From Escherichia coli (GTDB lineage: Bacteria; Pseudomonadota; Gammaproteobacteria; Enterobacterales; Enterobacteriaceae), in NCBI RefSeq assembly GCF_044324875.1, contig NZ_CP172185.1: a stretch of 64,000 nucleotides of DNA, one strand, 5' to 3'. The notes beneath the pieces are model-generated. The model was given only the letters and a program-made list of their open reading frames with translations, ran no database searches and was not told the DNA's origin. Made by a program: the position numbers and the translations under genes. Numbering within the stretch: the first letter of the stretch is position 1; each line of letters begins with the position of its first letter. This document shows positions 59,902-64,000 of this stretch, piece after piece.

Positions 59902-60657
59902 ATGAGTGATAACCTGTTAAACAAACTGACCCAACTGAAACTCCCGGCGATGGCCGGGAGCCTGATACGGCAGCGGGAAACGCCTCAGACCTACGACGAA
60001 CTGTCGTTCGAGGAAAGGCTGACGCTGCTGGTTGATGACGAGCTTCTGAGCAGGGAAAACAGCCGTGTGGCACGGTTGAGAAAAAATGCCGGCCTGAAAT
60101 ACCAGGCAACACCGGAAGGGCTGCGCTATCCGGCCTCAAGAGGTCTGCGGGCTGAACAGATGAGAGAACTGCTGAACGGCCACTACATAACCCACAGGAA
60201 AAACCTGCTGATAACCGGTCCGACAGGATGTGGCAAGAGCTGGATAGCCAATGCGCTGGGCGAACAGGCATGTCGACAGAAACACAGCGTCCGGTACTGT
60301 AGAACCGGGCGATTACTGGAACAACTGGCTCAGGGACGTGTTGATGGCAGCTGGCTGAAATATCTGAAACAGTTGCAAAAAATACAGGTTCTAATCCTGG
60401 ACGATCTGGGGCTGGAACAGTTAAGTAACGCCCAGTGTAATGACCTTCTGGAGCTCATAGAGGATCGTTACGGACAAAGCAGCACGATAGTGGTAAGCCA
60501 GTTCCCGGTAGATAAATGGCATGGTCTGATGGAGAACCCAACAACAGCAGATGCCATCCTGGACAGACTGGTACATAACTCACACCGAGTGGTCCTTCAG
60601 GGAGAGTCACTGAGGAAAAATCCCCCGGTAGTGGAAAGCAGCGAAAAAACGCGTTAA
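59902..60657 (+). CDS. istB: IS21-family ATP-binding helper IstB
   Basis: 251-aa form MSDNLLNKL... with Walker A GPTGCGKSW and Walker B LILDDLG; ORF-track start 59659 overlaps istA. Confidence 0.85.
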   Translation: MSDNLLNKLTQLKLPAMAGSLIRQRETPQTYDELSFEERLTLLVDDELLSRENSRVARLRKNAGLKYQATPEGLRYPASRGLRAEQMRELLNGHYITHRKNLLITGPTGCGKSWIANALGEQACRQKHSVRYCRTGRLLEQLAQGRVDGSWLKYLKQLQKIQVLILDDLGLEQLSNAQCNDLLELIEDRYGQSSTIVVSQFPVDKWHGLMENPTTADAILDRLVHNSHRVVLQGESLRKNPPVVESSEKTR

Positions 60658-60808
60658 AAAGCGGTAGAAAAAGTTAAGTTCCCGGTTGATCGAATGGATG
60701 CGAATCGCTGATCGGACTTCGATGCCAATCCGTGATCGAATAGAGCGGAATACGCACATAATGTAAATATTTTATTGAACGATATATATCACAGATAATT
60801 TTTAATAT

Positions 60809-63508
60809 ATGCGTAAATATCCTTTAAGTTTACTGAAGGATAAAAATATTGTGACTTTTTTTGATTTCTGGGGAAAAACCCGACGCGGCGAGAAAGACGG
60901 GGGCGACGACTATCACCTTCTTTGCTGGCATTCGCTGGATGTAGCCGCGATGGGCTATTTAATGGTTAAAAGCAATTGCTTCGGGCTGACTGACTATTTT
61001 CGTCAACTAGGTTTCGCTGATACGGAGCAGGCAGCACAATTTTTCGCCTGGCTATTGTGCTGGCACGATACTGGAAAATTTGCCCGCTCTTTTCAGCAAC
61101 TTTACCTGCACCCACAACTCAAGGTTCCGGAAGGCGCAAGAAAGAATTACGAAAAGATCTCTCATTCAACGCTGGGCTACTGGCTGTGGCATCATTATTT
61201 AAGTGAATACGAAGAATTGCTTCCTTCATCTTCACTCTCTCCGCGCAAACTTAAACGGGTGATGGAGATGTGGATGCCCATAACTACCGGGCATCATGGT
61301 CGCCCGCCTGACCGTATTGATGAACTGGATAATTTTCTGCCTGAAGACAAAGCTGCCGCGCGAGATTTTCTTCTTGAAATCAAACCACTGTTTCCGCTCA
61401 TAGAGATCCCCGCATTCTGGGATGATGATGAGGGCATTGAACTTATAAAACACCTTTCCTGGTATATCTCTGCAACCGTCGTGCTCGCAGACTGGACGGG
61501 TTCGTCAACGCGATTTTTTCCACGCGTCGCACACCCAATGGATATTAAAGGTTACTGGCAGAAAACTTTAGTTCAGGCTCAAAACGCCTTAACCGTCTTT
61601 CCTCTAAAAGCAAAAGTCGCGCCTTTCACCGGAATTAATACGCTGTTTCCTTTTATTGAGAATCCGACACCGTTACAGCAAAAGGTGCTGGATCTGGATA
61701 TCAGCCAGCCAGGGCCACAGTTATTTATTCTGGAAGATGTGACTGGCGCAGGTAAAACGGAAGCGGCGCTTATCCTGGCGCACAGGTTGATGGCTGCGGG
61801 TAAAGCGCAGGGTTTGTTTTTTGGCCTGCCAACAATGGCAACGGCCAATGCCATGTACGATCGACTGGTCAAAACCTGGCTTGCTTTCTATTCGCCAGAG
61901 TCCCGCCCCAGCCTGGTGCTGGCACACAGTGCCCGAACATTAATGGACCGCTTTAATGAATCACTCTGGTCCGGTGATTTAGTCGGGTCAGAAGAACCGG
62001 ATGAACAAACGTTCAGTCAGGGATGTGCGGCCTGGTTTGCCGACAGTAACAAGAAGGCGCTACTGGCTGAAATTGGCGTCGGCACGCTGGATCAGGCGAT
62101 GATGGCTGTGATGCCGTTCAAACATAATAATCTGCGGCTTCTGGGACTGAGTAACAAAATCCTGCTGGCTGATGAGATCCATGCCTGTGACGCTTACATG
62201 TCATGCATTCTTGAAGGGCTGATCGAGCGGCAGGCGCGTGGCGGAAACAGCGTCATTTTGCTTTCTGCCACGTTATCTCAACAGCAGTGCGACAAACTCG
62301 TTGCTGCCTTTGCGCGTGGTACAGAGGGCCAGCAAGAAGCTCCGTTCCTGGAAAAGGATGATTACCCCTGGCTGACGCACGTTACGAAATCCGATGTGCA
62401 TTCACACCGGGTAGCGACGCGCAAAGACGTTGAGCGTAGCGTGAGCGTGGGTTGGCTTCATAGCGAACAAGAATGTATTGCGCGTATCGAATCGGCAGTA
62501 AGTCAGGGGAAATGCATCGCCTGGATCCGGAATTCTGTCGATGACGCTATTAAGGTTTATCGTCAGTTGCTTGCCCGCGGCGTCATTCCTGCTTCCAGCC
62601 TTTCTCTGTTTCATAGCCGCTTTGCTTTTAGCGATCGCCAGCGAATTGAAACGGAAACGCTGGCACGCTTCGGTAAAGAAGATAGCTCACAGCGTGCCGG
62701 AAAAGTCCTCATTTGTACTCAGGTCTTAGAGTCGAGCGTTGATTGCGATATGGACGAAATGATTTCCGACCTGGCCCCTGTTGATTTGCTGATCCAGCGA
62801 GCGGGGCGATTACAGCGGCATATCCGCGATATTAATGGTCAGTTAAAGCGTGACGGAAAAGACGAGCGTTCCCCTCCTGAATTGCTGATTCTGGCCCCCG
62901 TCTGGGACGACGCTCCAGGTGACGAATGGTTCGGCAGTGCCATGCGTAACAGTGCATATGTCTATCCCGATCATGGACGAATCTGGCTGACGCAGCGTGT
63001 ACTGCGTGAGCAAGGCGCTATTCAAATGCCACACGCAGCCCGCCTTCTTATTGAATCAGTCTACGGTGAGGACGTGGTAATGCCGGAAGGATTTGCCCGC
63101 AGCGAGCAGGAGCAAGTGGGCAAATATTACTGCGATCGCGCAATGGCTAAAAAGTTTGTGCTGAACTTCAGGCCTGGCTATGCCGCCAATATCAACGATT
63201 ACCTTCCGGAAAAGCTGTCGACACGTCTGGCGGAGGAGTCTGTTTCCCTGTGGCTGGCTACCTGTATTGCCAGTGTGGTGAAGCCTTATGCCAACGGTGC
63301 TCACGCATGGGAAATGAGCGTTGTCAGAGTGCGTCGAAGCTGGTGGAAAAAACATCGGGATGAGTTTTCTTTACTGGAAGGGGAAGCGTTCAGGCAGTGG
63401 TGCATTGAACAGCGGAAAGATCCGGAGATGGCAAACGTGATTTTAGTTACCGATGACGAAAGTTGCGGGTATTCGGCTATGGAAGGATTGACTGGCAAGG
63501 TTGGTTGA
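60809..63508 (+). CDS. cas3: CRISPR-associated helicase/nuclease Cas3 (type I-E, non-K-12 sequence variant)
   Basis: 899-aa ORF: N-terminal HD domain (HSLDVAAMGYL, CWHDTGK), DEAD/DEAH helicase (Walker A GAGKTEA, LADEIHA); clearly diverged from the K-12 Cas3 sequence I recall. Confidence 0.85.
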   Translation: MRKYPLSLLKDKNIVTFFDFWGKTRRGEKDGGDDYHLLCWHSLDVAAMGYLMVKSNCFGLTDYFRQLGFADTEQAAQFFAWLLCWHDTGKFARSFQQLYLHPQLKVPEGARKNYEKISHSTLGYWLWHHYLSEYEELLPSSSLSPRKLKRVMEMWMPITTGHHGRPPDRIDELDNFLPEDKAAARDFLLEIKPLFPLIEIPAFWDDDEGIELIKHLSWYISATVVLADWTGSSTRFFPRVAHPMDIKGYWQKTLVQAQNALTVFPLKAKVAPFTGINTLFPFIENPTPLQQKVLDLDISQPGPQLFILEDVTGAGKTEAALILAHRLMAAGKAQGLFFGLPTMATANAMYDRLVKTWLAFYSPESRPSLVLAHSARTLMDRFNESLWSGDLVGSEEPDEQTFSQGCAAWFADSNKKALLAEIGVGTLDQAMMAVMPFKHNNLRLLGLSNKILLADEIHACDAYMSCILEGLIERQARGGNSVILLSATLSQQQCDKLVAAFARGTEGQQEAPFLEKDDYPWLTHVTKSDVHSHRVATRKDVERSVSVGWLHSEQECIARIESAVSQGKCIAWIRNSVDDAIKVYRQLLARGVIPASSLSLFHSRFAFSDRQRIETETLARFGKEDSSQRAGKVLICTQVLESSVDCDMDEMISDLAPVDLLIQRAGRLQRHIRDINGQLKRDGKDERSPPELLILAPVWDDAPGDEWFGSAMRNSAYVYPDHGRIWLTQRVLREQGAIQMPHAARLLIESVYGEDVVMPEGFARSEQEQVGKYYCDRAMAKKFVLNFRPGYAANINDYLPEKLSTRLAEESVSLWLATCIASVVKPYANGAHAWEMSVVRVRRSWWKKHRDEFSLLEGEAFRQWCIEQRKDPEMANVILVTDDESCGYSAMEGLTGKVG

Positions 63509-63605
63509 GATGCCTGCGACAGGGCTCTCTGAATAGTTGATACACCGAAAAGGATGGAATGATGGACAACCGACCTGGGATGGTCTTTTTTACGAGAGGA
63601 TGCGT

Positions 63606-64000
63606 ATGAACTCGTTTTCACTTCTGACAACCCCGTGGTTGCCCGTTCGTTATAAAGACGGAACGACAGGCAAACTGGCGCCTGTCGATCTGGCGGATGA
63701 AAATGTTGTCGATATTGCTGCGCCACGGGCAGATCTCCAGGGAGCGGCATGGCAGTTTTTGCTGGGGCTACTACAAACCAGCTTTGCGCCAAAAGATCAT
63801 CGTCGTTGGGATGATATCTGGGAAGACGGACTGGAATCTGAAAAGCTACGGGAAGCATTGCTGTCCTTAGAACACGCTTTCCAGTTTGGGCCAGATTCCC
63901 CTTCATTTATGCAGGATTTCGAGGCGCTCACAGGAGATAAAGTTCAGGTCGCTTCGCTACTGCCTGAGATTCCCGGCGCTCAAACAACGAAGTTTAATAA
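63606..64000 (+). CDS. casA: Cse1/CasA (Cascade large subunit), N-terminal fragment truncated by the window edge
   Basis: ATG at 63606 after a GAGAGGA RBS; open frame to the window end (MNSFSLLTTPWLPVRYKDG...); W-x-PVR N-terminal motif resembles Cse1; directly downstream of cas3. Confidence 0.65.
   Translation, partial: MNSFSLLTTPWLPVRYKDGTTGKLAPVDLADENVVDIAAPRADLQGAAWQFLLGLLQTSFAPKDHRRWDDIWEDGLESEKLREALLSLEHAFQFGPDSPSFMQDFEALTGDKVQVASLLPEIPGAQTTKFN

Larger units (their letters stand above)
58118..60756 (+). mobile_element. IS21-family insertion sequence (istA-istB), about 2.64 kb
   Basis: Two-gene istA/istB organisation; multiple TTTGGCAT / TCGATC subterminal repeats at both ends; 7-bp direct repeat CATAATG at 58111-58117 and 60757-60763 as target-site duplication; exact termini uncertain by a few bp. 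Confidence 0.85.

Overview
The window reads as an Escherichia coli chromosomal segment with K-12-like gene order, inverted relative to K-12 numbering: ygdI, gcvB, gcvA, ygdD, rlmM, the fuc regulon, xni, sdaBC, ppnN, queF, syd, csrB, yqcC-truC-yqcA, gudPXD, barA, rlmD, relA, mazG, pyrG, eno, a TPM/LemA cluster, queE, a CRISPR2-type array, the ygc cluster, queD, cysJIH, a hok-like locus, an IS21-family element, cas3 and the start of cse1. Gene identities rest on my recognition of the translated ORFs and on synteny; no database search was run. Most of the window is core genome. The accessory or unusual content is: (1) a lemA plus three tandem TPM-domain gene operon between eno and queE, which is my best candidate for an under-described system; (2) a short type I-E CRISPR array with leader plus a degenerate second array; (3) the poorly characterised ETF-linked ygc cluster, in which ygcN carries an in-frame TGA; (4) no mazEF between relA and mazG; (5) an apparently intact hok-like toxin gene between cysH and cas3; (6) an IS21-family element with a 7-bp target duplication about 50 bp upstream of a divergent cas3. 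Two small RNAs, gcvB and csrB (with its upstream UvrY box), are recognisable directly from sequence.
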